From Nitrospinota bacterium (lineage in GTDB: Bacteria > Nitrospinota_A > UBA7883 > JACRGQ01): a stretch of 43,593 bases of DNA. Under the pieces are notes generated by a model, which had not been told where the DNA came from, did no database searches, and was given only the letters and a program-made list of their open reading frames with translations. Below, piece after piece: positions 18,792 through 28,049 of the stretch (position 1 is its first letter; every line of letters starts with the position of its first letter). A program made the position numbers and the translations under genes. The DNA lies in the NCBI GenBank assembly GCA_016194375.1, contig JACQBU010000063.1, positions 1 through 43,593 of the forward strand, in the 5' to 3' direction.

Positions 18792-19107
18792 CCATAAAAC
18801 TGAAAGATTCAATTCGTTGTCTGCGTACGTCTAAATAAAAAGATTACTTTACGGCTATACCGAGCGGATTGGCGCTTGCGTTGGGGGGCGCCCTTAAATA
18901 TGCCGCTAATGAACGCTAAAAAATAGGGGTTGACGTACGCACCCTCAATAATGCTCCCAAGACGTTCGGATTCGGAGCAATCAAAAAAACCTAAATTGAC
19001 CCGCCACTTTTTTCTCATTTGGTGGCCTCTTTCATATAGTACAAATAAAAACAATATGTTGAAATTTTATTTGGCAAGCCAGTAATTTTCGTGTTATTTT
19101 CGGTTGT

Positions 19108-20292
19108 ATGGAGCGAAGGGTCATTCACCTCAACGTGGCCGATTTTGCCGTGGCGGTTGAGAGGAGGGCGGACAGGAGGCTTGGCACACGCGCCGTCATA
19201 GTTTCGCCGGGCGGGGCTAGGTCGGTGGTTTATGACATGAGCGACGAGGCGTATCGCGACGGGGTGCGAAAGGGGATGGCGTTGGGGCGCGCCAAGCGGC
19301 TCGTCCGCACGGCCGCCGTCGTCCCGCCCAAACCGGACCTCTACGAGCGCGCCATGAAAGCCTTTGTCAGGCACGTTTTTCCGTTTTCCCCGTTGGTCGA
19401 GCACGGTGGGTGGGACGGCCACGTTTTTTTGGACGTCACGGGGGTTCGCCGACTTTTCGGCCCGCCGCAGGACATAGCTCAACGGATACGCCGCTCGGTG
19501 GCGCGCGACATGTCGCTGACCCCGGCCTGGGCGGTGGCCTCCAACAAGCTGGCCTCCAAAGTGGCCACGCGGCTCGTCAAACCGCGGGGCGAATGCGTCG
19601 TGGGGGAGGGGGGGGAGGGGAGGCTCGTGGAACCCGTGCCGTTGCGCATGCTACCCGGCCTGCTCGACTCGGAAATCACGCGGCTAAGGGAGCTGAACAT
19701 AACCAGGGCGGGGGAGGCGCGCGCGTTCTCAATGCAAAACCTCGAGACGCTGGTCGGCTCCCGCGCCCGCCTACTGTACGAGGCCGTGCGCGGCGCGGAC
19801 GACTCGCCGGTGCTTGCCGCCGGCTCCGTCGGGGACGCGGCCGAGGCGGACTATGCGTTCAACGGCGACACGAACGACGTCGCCGTCGTGGAGTCGGCGT
19901 TGCGCCTTTGCGCGGAGGGGATCGGCCGGGAATTGCGGAAAAAACGGCTGTCCGCCGGAAGCATCGTCGTTACGGCGGACTATTGCGACGGGATCCGCTC
20001 GACAAGGCGCGTGGCGCTCGGTCCCGGGTCGTCCAACAACGGACTGTTCGAGTGCGCGCTCAAGGGGCTTCGGATCGCGTGGTCGCGCAGGGTGCGCCTG
20101 CGCCACATCCGGCTGAGGGGGGAGGGGTTGCGCGTGGTTCCGGTCCAACTGGAGCTTTTCGGGGGGCGCGACGAAAAGGCGCTCCGCGATTCGGCGCTGG
20201 ACTCCGCCGTTGATTCCCTGCTGGAGCGTTTCGGCAAAAACGCCGCGATGTCGGGAAAATGTTTTTTGGCAAGGCCGGAGCAGGACGTTTGA
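19108..20292 (+). CDS. imuB: Y-family polymerase-like protein, ImuB-like (catalytic residues degenerate)
   Basis: HLNVADFAVAVE (cf. DinB HVDMDAF), GGWDGHVFLD replacing SIDEAFLD, NKLASKVA, QLELF clamp motif; immediately upstream of dnaE2. Confidence 0.75.
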   Translation: MERRVIHLNVADFAVAVERRADRRLGTRAVIVSPGGARSVVYDMSDEAYRDGVRKGMALGRAKRLVRTAAVVPPKPDLYERAMKAFVRHVFPFSPLVEHGGWDGHVFLDVTGVRRLFGPPQDIAQRIRRSVARDMSLTPAWAVASNKLASKVATRLVKPRGECVVGEGGEGRLVEPVPLRMLPGLLDSEITRLRELNITRAGEARAFSMQNLETLVGSRARLLYEAVRGADDSPVLAAGSVGDAAEADYAFNGDTNDVAVVESALRLCAEGIGRELRKKRLSAGSIVVTADYCDGIRSTRRVALGPGSSNNGLFECALKGLRIAWSRRVRLRHIRLRGEGLRVVPVQLELFGGRDEKALRDSALDSAVDSLLERFGKNAAMSGKCFLARPEQDV

Positions 20293-20316
20293 CATTATCA
20301 AGAGTGGTTTAACGCG

Positions 20317-23286
20317 TTGATTCCCTTGGTCGTGCGTTCGCATTATTCCCTGATGCGGGGAACCGCGCCCGTGGACGAATTGGTGCGTCACGCCGCCAAG
20401 CTCGGATACCGGACGCTGGCGCTCACCGACATGGACAACCTGTACGGCCTTTGGTCGTTCCTAAAATCGTGCAAAATTCACGGCGTCAGGCCCGTGGTCG
20501 GGGCGCAGATAACCGACCCGTCGTCCGACATGCTGGTCGCGTGCCTCGTTAAAAGCCAAACGGGGTACGAAAACCTGTGCCAAATCATCACGGCCCGAAA
20601 AATAAAAAAAGGTTTCGACGTCGGGAACGAACTTGAAAACTTGGGGGAGGGGCTTTGCATCCTGACAAACGACGGCGGCCTTCTGGGGCGTTTGCGCGAA
20701 GCCGGGCTGGACGCGTATGCGGCGATTCCCAGAAAGCCGGCGGCGGATTCCGCCGACCTGCGGAAGACGGCCGTTAAAATCGGGGCGCCGGTCGTCGCCG
20801 CCCCGGACAATTTTTTCCTGAATCCGGGCGGGTTGAAACTGCACTTGCTTCTGCGTGCCATCGCGCTAAACAGCTCCTTGTCGAGGCTGGAAAGCGGGGA
20901 CGCGGCGTCCGCCGACGCGTGGCTGTCGTCGCCGAAGGAATACGAAAAACGGTTTTCCATCCTGCCGGAGGCGCTGGAAGAAACGCACGGAATCGCCGAG
21001 CGGTGCGAATTCACGGGGCCGGACACGACCACCGTCTTCCCGCCGTGGGACGGCGGCGGCAGGACGGCAGGCGACGTCCTGCGCGAGACCGCGTACGCCG
21101 GCGCGGAAAAAAGATACGGCGCCCCGCCCGGCGCCGAGGTGAAAAAGCGGCTTGAGTACGAGCTTGGGATAATCTCCCAAAAGGGCTTTTCCGAATACTT
21201 CCTCGTGGTGCGGGACATAGTCCTTCGCAGTCCGCGCATATGCGGCAGGGGCTCCGGCGCGGCCTCGCTCGTGGCGTACTGCCTGGAAATCACCAACGTA
21301 TGCCCGATGAAGAACAACCTATATTTCGAGCGGTTCCTAAACCCGGGGCGGAAGGACCCGCCGGACATAGACGTCGATTTCGCGTGGGACGAGCGCGCCG
21401 ACGTCATAGCCTCGGTTTTGAGGCAGTACGAGGGGCGCTCGGCGATGGTCTGCAACCACGTTTTTTTCCAGCCCCGAATGGCGATACGAGAAACGGCCAA
21501 GGTCTTCGGGCTGGGCGCGGGGGAGATAGCGGAGGTCGCCGACAAGGTGCCGTGGTTCAGGCGGCAGGGGGACGAGGGCCTTCTAGAGGGGTTGCGGCGC
21601 CTGCCGAACACGCGGGGGCTCGGGTTCGGCGAGCCGTGGCCGGAGATACTGCGCCTTGCCGGCCGGCTCGTGGGGACGCCCAGGAACATCTCCGTGCATC
21701 CCGGCGGGGTGGTCATAACCCCCGGCCCGATAAGCCAACGCGCGCCTTTGGAGCTAAAGCTGGACGGCGTGCCGGTCATACAATGGGAAAAGGACGGCGC
21801 GGAGGAGGCGGGGCTGGTAAAAATAGACCTTCTTGGCAACAGGAGCCTCGGCGTCATACGCGACGCGATCGACAACATCCGCGCAGACGACCGGGCGTTC
21901 GACGAGGGGCGCTGGGAGCCGGAGGAGGACGAGGCGACGCGCTCGACGGTGGCGAAGGGGCTTACGATGGGCTGTTTTTACATAGAAAGCCCCGCCATGC
22001 GCCTTTTGCAGGAGAAGTCGGGAAAGGGGGACTTCAACCACCTAGTCATCCACAGCTCCATCATACGGCCCGCGGCGAACGAGTTCATACGGGAATACCT
22101 CCTGCGGCTACGCGGCGCCGGGTGGAAACCGATTCATCCCTTGCTCGACGGCGTGCTGGACGAGACCTTCGGCATAATGGTGTACCAGGAGGACGTGTCG
22201 CGTGTGGCGGTGGCGCTGGCCGGATTCTCGCATTCCGACGCCGACCGCCTGAGGAAGATAATGTCGAAAAAGGAGAAGGAGCTCGAACTGAACGACTTCC
22301 GCCAGAAATTCGAACGGGGCGCGATGCTAAACGGGGCGACCAAGGAACAGGTTGAGGAAATATGGCGCATGATATTGAGTTTCGACGGTTATTCGTTCTG
22401 CAAGCCGCACAGCGCGAGCTATGCGCGGGTGTCGTTCCAGGCGGCGTATTTGAAGACGCATTTCCCGGCGGAGTTCATGGCGGCGGTGATAAGCAACCAA
22501 GGGGGCTTTTACAGCGCGTTCGCCTACGTATCCGAGGCGAAGCGGCTCGGGTGCAAAATATTGCCGCCGGACGTCAATAAAAGCGGCGTTAAATGGCACG
22601 GCCACGACCGTTGCCTGCGCGTTGGACTGCTTTCGGTAAAAAACCTAGGCGGCGAAACTGCGGGGCGGATGGCGGCGGAGCGCGAACACGGCTTGTACAA
22701 AGATTTTGACGATTTTATGGCAAGGGTTCGTCCGGCCGAGGACGAGGCGCGCGCCCTGATATTTTGCGGCGCGTTTGACGAGGTCGAGCCGTTAAAATCG
22801 CGTGCGGACCTATTGTGGTTGCTTGCAAGTCGGCGAAAGTCGGACGGCGACGGTCTTGACACCGGAGTCGGAGGCGCGTCGGGGGCGCCGCCCAAATTGC
22901 CGCCGGACGACGAAACGGGGCTTTTGCGGCGGCAATATTCGACCCTCGGCTTTTTGTGCGACCATCATCCGATAATTTTTTACGACAGCGCCCGCGTAGA
23001 CGCGCGGTCGGTCAAGGCGGCGGACGTAAGGCGAATGGTCGGCAAAACGGCGAGCTTCGCCGGATGGCTGATCACCGGCAAGGTCGTCACCACAAAACAC
23101 GGGGAGCCGATGGAGTTTTTAACGTTTGAAGACGAGACGGGGGTGTTGGAGACGGTGTTTTTCCCCAAAACGTACCGAAAGTTCTGCTCGATACTGGACA
23201 GCCACAGGCCGTATTTGTTGAGGGGCAAGGTTGAGGAGGATTTTGGGGCCGTAACCATGTCCGTAAACGACGTCAGGGCCTTGTAG
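20317..23286 (+). CDS. dnaE2: Error-prone DNA polymerase III alpha-like DnaE2 (ImuC)
   Basis: PHP-like N-terminus (RSHYSL), GRGSGAAS, PPDIDVDF, KIDLLG, GYSFCKPHSASYA, C-terminal OB fold; operonic with imuB-like gene; separate housekeeping dnaE in window. Confidence 0.88.
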   Translation: MIPLVVRSHYSLMRGTAPVDELVRHAAKLGYRTLALTDMDNLYGLWSFLKSCKIHGVRPVVGAQITDPSSDMLVACLVKSQTGYENLCQIITARKIKKGFDVGNELENLGEGLCILTNDGGLLGRLREAGLDAYAAIPRKPAADSADLRKTAVKIGAPVVAAPDNFFLNPGGLKLHLLLRAIALNSSLSRLESGDAASADAWLSSPKEYEKRFSILPEALEETHGIAERCEFTGPDTTTVFPPWDGGGRTAGDVLRETAYAGAEKRYGAPPGAEVKKRLEYELGIISQKGFSEYFLVVRDIVLRSPRICGRGSGAASLVAYCLEITNVCPMKNNLYFERFLNPGRKDPPDIDVDFAWDERADVIASVLRQYEGRSAMVCNHVFFQPRMAIRETAKVFGLGAGEIAEVADKVPWFRRQGDEGLLEGLRRLPNTRGLGFGEPWPEILRLAGRLVGTPRNISVHPGGVVITPGPISQRAPLELKLDGVPVIQWEKDGAEEAGLVKIDLLGNRSLGVIRDAIDNIRADDRAFDEGRWEPEEDEATRSTVAKGLTMGCFYIESPAMRLLQEKSGKGDFNHLVIHSSIIRPAANEFIREYLLRLRGAGWKPIHPLLDGVLDETFGIMVYQEDVSRVAVALAGFSHSDADRLRKIMSKKEKELELNDFRQKFERGAMLNGATKEQVEEIWRMILSFDGYSFCKPHSASYARVSFQAAYLKTHFPAEFMAAVISNQGGFYSAFAYVSEAKRLGCKILPPDVNKSGVKWHGHDRCLRVGLLSVKNLGGETAGRMAAEREHGLYKDFDDFMARVRPAEDEARALIFCGAFDEVEPLKSRADLLWLLASRRKSDGDGLDTGVGGASGAPPKLPPDDETGLLRRQYSTLGFLCDHHPIIFYDSARVDARSVKAADVRRMVGKTASFAGWLITGKVVTTKHGEPMEFLTFEDETGVLETVFFPKTYRKFCSILDSHRPYLLRGKVEEDFGAVTMSVNDVRAL

Positions 23287-23866
23287 GATTTGGCTAGGCC
23301 GCTTTATATGGGGCGGTCATTTTCTCGCTTCGGTCATTACCACAGGTTTTTTAGAATTTGCATCAACGCCCGATTACCGTGCGTCGCGCCTCCGCACGAG
23401 CCTTTGGCGAGAGGCGTCGTTCCATAAAAACAAGACCCGCATTCTACGACGGATGGTAAAACAAAAATAAAGGGATGGGCGACGGATTCTCGAGAAATTT
23501 TTGCTGGACGTCCTTTACCTCTCTTGATTTGCCGTCGTCGGCATCCTCACGCCTGCGGGCCATGTTGAAGGGCCGAAGATGAAGTGTGTCAGGACCCGAC
23601 GGAAACCGTGAAGCCGCGCCATTTTTTTCACACTTTCGAACGGCGCACGAAAAAGGTGACTCCGAGGGAGGTTTTCCTAAAAGCAGGCTACTTCCGATAA
23701 GGGATACGATGGGGAATGGATTTAAAGCTGGTTTTGCGATTGAGGGGGCCGGCCCTTCGGGTCGCCGCCTATCGCGCAACGGGTTTAGAGACTATTTCGC
23801 CATTGAGTTCCTTATCGCGGCCCTTGCCGAGTTTAGCGAAACTCAGCGCCGGAGAATCGCGGACAC

Positions 23867-23958
23867 GCCAAACATTGTGTTGCAGCCGACGTATTCACGC
23901 CGAATTGTGCGGGTCTTTGACGACATGATGCTCGGGGTTGCGGCTGAACGTGTTAGAA
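23867..23958 (+). other. Degenerate integron attC-like recombination site
   Basis: GCCAAAC-N5-GTT[G]CAGCCG[A]C ... GCGGCTGAAC-GT-GTTAGAA: L''/L' arms pair with two extrahelical bases; R'' imperfect and L'-R' spacer short. Confidence 0.55.
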
Positions 23959-24175
23959 GTACCCCTGGGGGCGTCACCCCCGTAAACATGCTGAAAGCAT
24001 CAAAAGCGGAGGAAAAATGCGCCTAGGGGTTTACAATCGTTTTCAGGGGCGGGTTGTAAAGCGTCCCGCCGGGCCCCGCGTAGCGGGTGGCGGGATCGCC
24101 CGTTTTACACCCGACGCTAGTAATACGGGTGTAAACCTCTCCATTTTCAATTTGTTTTTCCTTAAGGTTGGTTTG

Positions 24176-24218
24176 CAGGGGGGTAATCTCTCCATTTACA
24201 GGGGGGTAATCTCTCCAT
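24176..24218. repeat. Iteron-like direct repeat CAGGGGGGTAATCTCTCCAT x2 (23-bp period), degenerate third copy at 24126-24144
   Basis: Exact 20-mers at 24176-24195 and 24199-24218. Confidence 0.85.
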
Positions 24219-24344
24219 GTTTGGTCGTAATTCCCCTTTTCATAAAGACAAAGCTCGCCGGACTCGGCGGGATGCGTACTTTACATAATTTTGCGGGTTC
24301 CGCCGACGGGTTTGCCGGCCGCCGTTATTTAAACTTGACAACGG

Positions 24345-24372
24345 GCTTCCGATAAGGGATATTATGTCAAGT
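24345..24372 (+). other. dif: dif site (XerC/XerD chromosome dimer resolution site)
   Basis: GCTTCCGATAA-GGGATA-TTATGTCAAGT: 11-6-11 layout matching E. coli GGTGCGCATAA-TGTATA-TTATGTTAAAT; intergenic; KOPS octamers converge on it. Confidence 0.85.
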
Positions 24373-24511
24373 ACGACCGGGGCGCGCCAAAGCCACGCCG
24401 CGTTTGGGATTGGTAATTTAAATAACGCATGCCCGGCCGGAGATACCACTGTGTCCGGCCACCGTTATGGCCGGGAGAAAATCTCCCTGGGCCATAGCGG
24501 AATGAAGGGCG

Positions 24512-25120
24512 TTAAAAAAGTGGATGCATGGGCTTATCGAACCAATACCGCGGTTCCCCTACCCCATAAGAGCCGACAATTTTCCAAGCCCCGTCCTCTT
24601 TGGCGAGCACGTGACTCATGTTCTTCCAATGGTCAAGCGCCTGATTGTTTTTTTCCCCTATTTTTGACCCCACAAGGACGCCGCTACACGACAATATAAT
24701 AGTGTTCTTGTCGGGGATTTCGGATATGAAGCGCAGATTATGAGTCAGTCTGAGGTCATCGAATTTGTCGAAAATCCGTTGCCAAACCTTCAGCACATCT
24801 CCTTTCGTATGGTCGCCATCCCTATACCTTTCGGAATAAAGACTGCCGAGCGCCCTTATGTCCTTTGTCTTGACGGCGTTGTCCGCATAATCGAAAAATG
24901 AGCCGAGCTGTTCCAACACATCCTTGCCAACTTTAGCCTTGTTGGTCTTGTCTATCGCAACTTGATAGATTTTGGGAAGAACTTTTCTTGGTTCCGATTC
25001 CGGCGTTGCGGCTTTTGAAACGCCATAAATGGCGAGCGAAAGAAGGAAAACCGCAGAGCAAACGGTAAAAAATAATTTCTTGCCGCCCTTTTTGGGCGCC
25101 CCGGATGATGAATTAAACAT
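24512..25120 (-). CDS. Exported hypothetical protein, probable NTF2/SnoaL-like fold
   Basis: N-terminal signal/TM; helix + YSERY, C-terminal LAKEDGAWKIVG typical of NTF2-like proteins; GGAG RBS. Confidence 0.65.
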   Translation of the reverse strand: MFNSSSGAPKKGGKKLFFTVCSAVFLLSLAIYGVSKAATPESEPRKVLPKIYQVAIDKTNKAKVGKDVLEQLGSFFDYADNAVKTKDIRALGSLYSERYRDGDHTKGDVLKVWQRIFDKFDDLRLTHNLRFISEIPDKNTIILSCSGVLVGSKIGEKNNQALDHWKNMSHVLAKEDGAWKIVGSYGVGEPRYWFDKPMHPLF

Positions 25121-25700
25121 AACCGTCTCCCTTTCCGGCGGTTTACCCTTTGAAGGTAGTCCGCCATGATAAGTTTCTAAGCGGAAAAAACGACACGCCC
25201 CCCAACTGCGGCAAAGTGCCTACTTTTTTCATTCTCCCTCCTATGCTAACAAGTCATACCACCAATTAAATTATACACCATCATAAATAACCCCTCCCAA
25301 ATTAAAAGCAATTTGTTGAAAATAGATGTTAATTGTTCATGTAAAAATGACCCGCTGTTGATGAATAAAATAAGCATAATTGAGGCCAAACATGGCCTTC
25401 GTGCAGCCCTTGGCCCAAGAGATTGATGTTTCGTGCTTTACGTTTGTTCCCTCCCCGCCATAGTTAATGGGAGGGCAGATACAATTTCAGTTCTGGGAAG
25501 AACTGGGACTAAATTATGAAAACCGGGAAATCCGACAGTCGGAATCGGCCTTTTAGCCGCAACCACCGTAGGTCGACAAAGGGAGTAATTGCCGTCGGTT
25601 CTCGTCCTAACCGCATCCTGGCGGCTGGGGCTTGGCGGCCAGGTTGGCGAAACGGGAATGCCTAGAGAGAGCAGACGCGGACCATCCGCCGGGCCGGTGC

Positions 25701-26561
25701 TCATAAAAGCCTGCGGAGGGATTTCAATTCCCGCCGCCGTTTAGGGGTGGTCTTGGGATACTCCAATTTAAGCTCGTTGAGCGAGTCCAGGATGATTTGG
25801 GAAACTATCAGCCTGGCGTTTTCCTTGTCGTCGGCGGGAACGACGTACCAAGGCGCGTGGCGGGAGCTCGTCGCGCTCAGGCAATTCTCGTACGCCCTCG
25901 CGTAATCCGCCCAGTAGTTCCTCTCGCGGACGTCCGAAAGCGTGAATTTCCAGTTCTTGGACGGCTCGTCAATGCGCCCGAGGAAGCGCCTTCGTTGTTC
26001 CTCCTTCGAAAGGTGGAGGAAGAACTTGATTATGCGCGTTCCGTTCCGGTGGAGATGCCCCTCCAACTCCGCGATGGAGCGGTACAGCTCCGGCCAAACG
26101 GTTTTCTCGTCGCACAACTCATCGGGAAGACCCTGGTTGCGCAGAATCTCCGGATGCACGCGGACGACGAGCACCTCCTCGTAGTATGAACGGTTGAAAA
26201 TGCCTATCTGCCCGCGTTCCGGAAAGTTCAGAACCGCGCGCCAGAGAAAGTCGTGCCTTAGCTCCTCGTGGCTCGGCTGTTTGAAGCTCGTGACCCTGCA
26301 CCCCTGCGGATTGACCCCGGACATGACGTGCCGGATGACGCCGTCCTTGCCCGCGGCGTCCATCCCCTGAAAAATAAGCAACAAGGAATATCGGCCGGAG
26401 GCCGCGTGCAGGCGTTCCAGCGCGCTCAATCCCGCGACGTGGTTTCCCAAAATTTTTTGATAATCCTTCTTCGACTTGTCCGCGTTGCGTCTGAAGGACG
26501 CAAGAAACAAAACCTTTGCCTCTAACGCGACAAACGCAGACAGGAGTGTCTGCGCCGCCAA
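25701..26561 (-). pseudogene. ppk2: Polyphosphate kinase 2 family (class III-like), native 5' end apparently lost
   Basis: [10 protein letters not shown] Walker [26 protein letters not shown]; family-like sequence starts only at KSKKDY (~26478); upstream part overlaps two hairpins. Confidence 0.75.
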
Positions 26562-28028
26562 TTAGCGGGCGGCGGTGGCGAGGGTCTTGTTTTTCGATTC
26601 GAGGCGGCTGGAGCCCGTCAAGAACAGGTCAATCTCGCGGGCGCACTCGCGCCCTTCGGAGATCGCCCAAACGACGAGGGACTGTCCACTTCTTGCGTCG
26701 CCGGCGGCGAAGAGGCCGGGCACGCTCGTTTGGTAGTCCGGGCCAGTCTTGACGTTGCCGCGCTCGTCCCTTTGAAGCCCCAACTCTTCGACAATCCCCT
26801 TCGGGTTCGTGTGGAGAAACCCCATGGCCAGAAAAGCTAGGTCCGCCTTATACAACCCCTCGCTACCCGGAATTTCCTCGAACTTGGAAGGGCTGACCCA
26901 TTTCAGCTTAACGTGCTTCACTCCCTTGAGGTTTCCGCCTGAATCCTTTAGAAATTCCTTCGAAAGAACCGACCATTCCCTTGCGCACCCCTCCTCCTGC
27001 GAGGACGAAGTGCTGAACATCCGCGGACCGGGAAAAATCGGCCATTCCGTGCCTTGAGTCCGTGTCGCGGGCGGCTTTTCCAACAGTTCGATCTGCGTAA
27101 CCGAGGCCGCCCCCTGCCGGATGGAGGTTCCGACGCAGTCGGAGCCGGTGTCCCCTCCCCCGATGACGACCACGTGTTTTCCGGTCGCTAGAATCTCCAC
27201 CGTCTTAGGGACGGAGTCCCCGGCGACGCGCCGGTTGTTTTGCGCGAGGAAGTCCATGGCAAAATAAACCCCTTTTGCGTCCCTGCCGGGGATGGGAAGG
27301 TCGCGGGGAATCGTGGAGCCGCACGCCAGAGCCACTGCGTCGTACTCCGCCGTCAATTTTTTTGCCGGAATGTCCTTGCCGACGCTTGCCTTCGTCACGA
27401 ATTTAACCCCGTCGGCCCTCATTATGTCCATCCTTCGGTCTATGACCGATTTGTCCAGTTTAAAATCGGGGATTCCGTACCTGAGCAACCCGCCTATCCG
27501 GTCGGCCCCCTCGTAAACGGTAACCTCGTGCCCCGCCTTGTTGAGTTGGGCCGCCAACGCCAGCCCAGACGGGCCGGAACCGACCACCGCCACCTTCTTT
27601 CCCGTGCGTACGGCGGGCGGGTTCGGCCTTATCCAGCCCTCCCTGAACGCATGCTCGATGATGGAAAGCTCTATGTTTTTTATGGTGACCGGCTTTTCTA
27701 TCAGGCCGAGCACGCACCCGAACTCGCACGGGGCCGGACAAAGCCTTCCGGTGAACTCAGGAAAATTGTTCGTGCTCAGCAACGACTTGAGCGCGTCCTC
27801 CCACCTGCCGTTGTACACCGCGTCGTTGAAATCCGGCATGATGTTGTGCAGGGGGCAGTTCGGCTGGCAAAAGGGGGTGCCGCAATCCATGCACCTCGCC
27901 CCCTGGTTTTGCAATTCGGGGTCCGACAGCTGGACCGCGAACTCCTTGTAGGTCTTTATCCTCTTTTCAACCGGCTCGTACTGCATCCCCTTCCGGCTAA
28001 ATTCCATGAACCCGTTTATCTTTCCCAT
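26562..28028 (-). CDS. gltD: Glutamate synthase small subunit
   Basis: [10 protein letters not shown] Fe-S motif, [29 protein letters not shown]. Confidence 0.97.
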   Translation of the reverse strand: MGKINGFMEFSRKGMQYEPVEKRIKTYKEFAVQLSDPELQNQGARCMDCGTPFCQPNCPLHNIMPDFNDAVYNGRWEDALKSLLSTNNFPEFTGRLCPAPCEFGCVLGLIEKPVTIKNIELSIIEHAFREGWIRPNPPAVRTGKKVAVVGSGPSGLALAAQLNKAGHEVTVYEGADRIGGLLRYGIPDFKLDKSVIDRRMDIMRADGVKFVTKASVGKDIPAKKLTAEYDAVALACGSTIPRDLPIPGRDAKGVYFAMDFLAQNNRRVAGDSVPKTVEILATGKHVVVIGGGDTGSDCVGTSIRQGAASVTQIELLEKPPATRTQGTEWPIFPGPRMFSTSSSQEEGCAREWSVLSKEFLKDSGGNLKGVKHVKLKWVSPSKFEEIPGSEGLYKADLAFLAMGFLHTNPKGIVEELGLQRDERGNVKTGPDYQTSVPGLFAAGDARSGQSLVVWAISEGRECAREIDLFLTGSSRLESKNKTLATAAR

Positions 28029-28049
28029 AATCCTAACTTTCTCCCAACC

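Larger units (their letters stand above)
23690..24372. mobile_element. Putative Xer-integrated (IMEX-like) remnant between a degenerate dif-like site and dif
   Basis: 16-bp direct repeat CTTCCGATAAGGGATA at 23691-23706 and 24346-24361 (XerC arm + central region); interior has attC-like site, hairpins and direct repeats; no integrase or Rep gene. Confidence 0.55.

Noticed and set aside
19030-19065. GTACAAATAAAAACAATATGTT as a LexA box
   Set aside because: Does not match a LexA consensus I can state with confidence
24176-24218. 20-bp repeats as a mini-CRISPR
   Set aside because: Only 3 bp between copies; no spacers
23444-24699. ORFs 23444-23779, 23586-24026, 24017-24355, 24364-24699 as genes
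   Set aside because: No recognisable motifs; they run across dif sites, the attC-like site and hairpins
25438-25704. 88-aa ORF or riboswitch downstream of ppk2
   Set aside because: No recognisable protein or RNA motif
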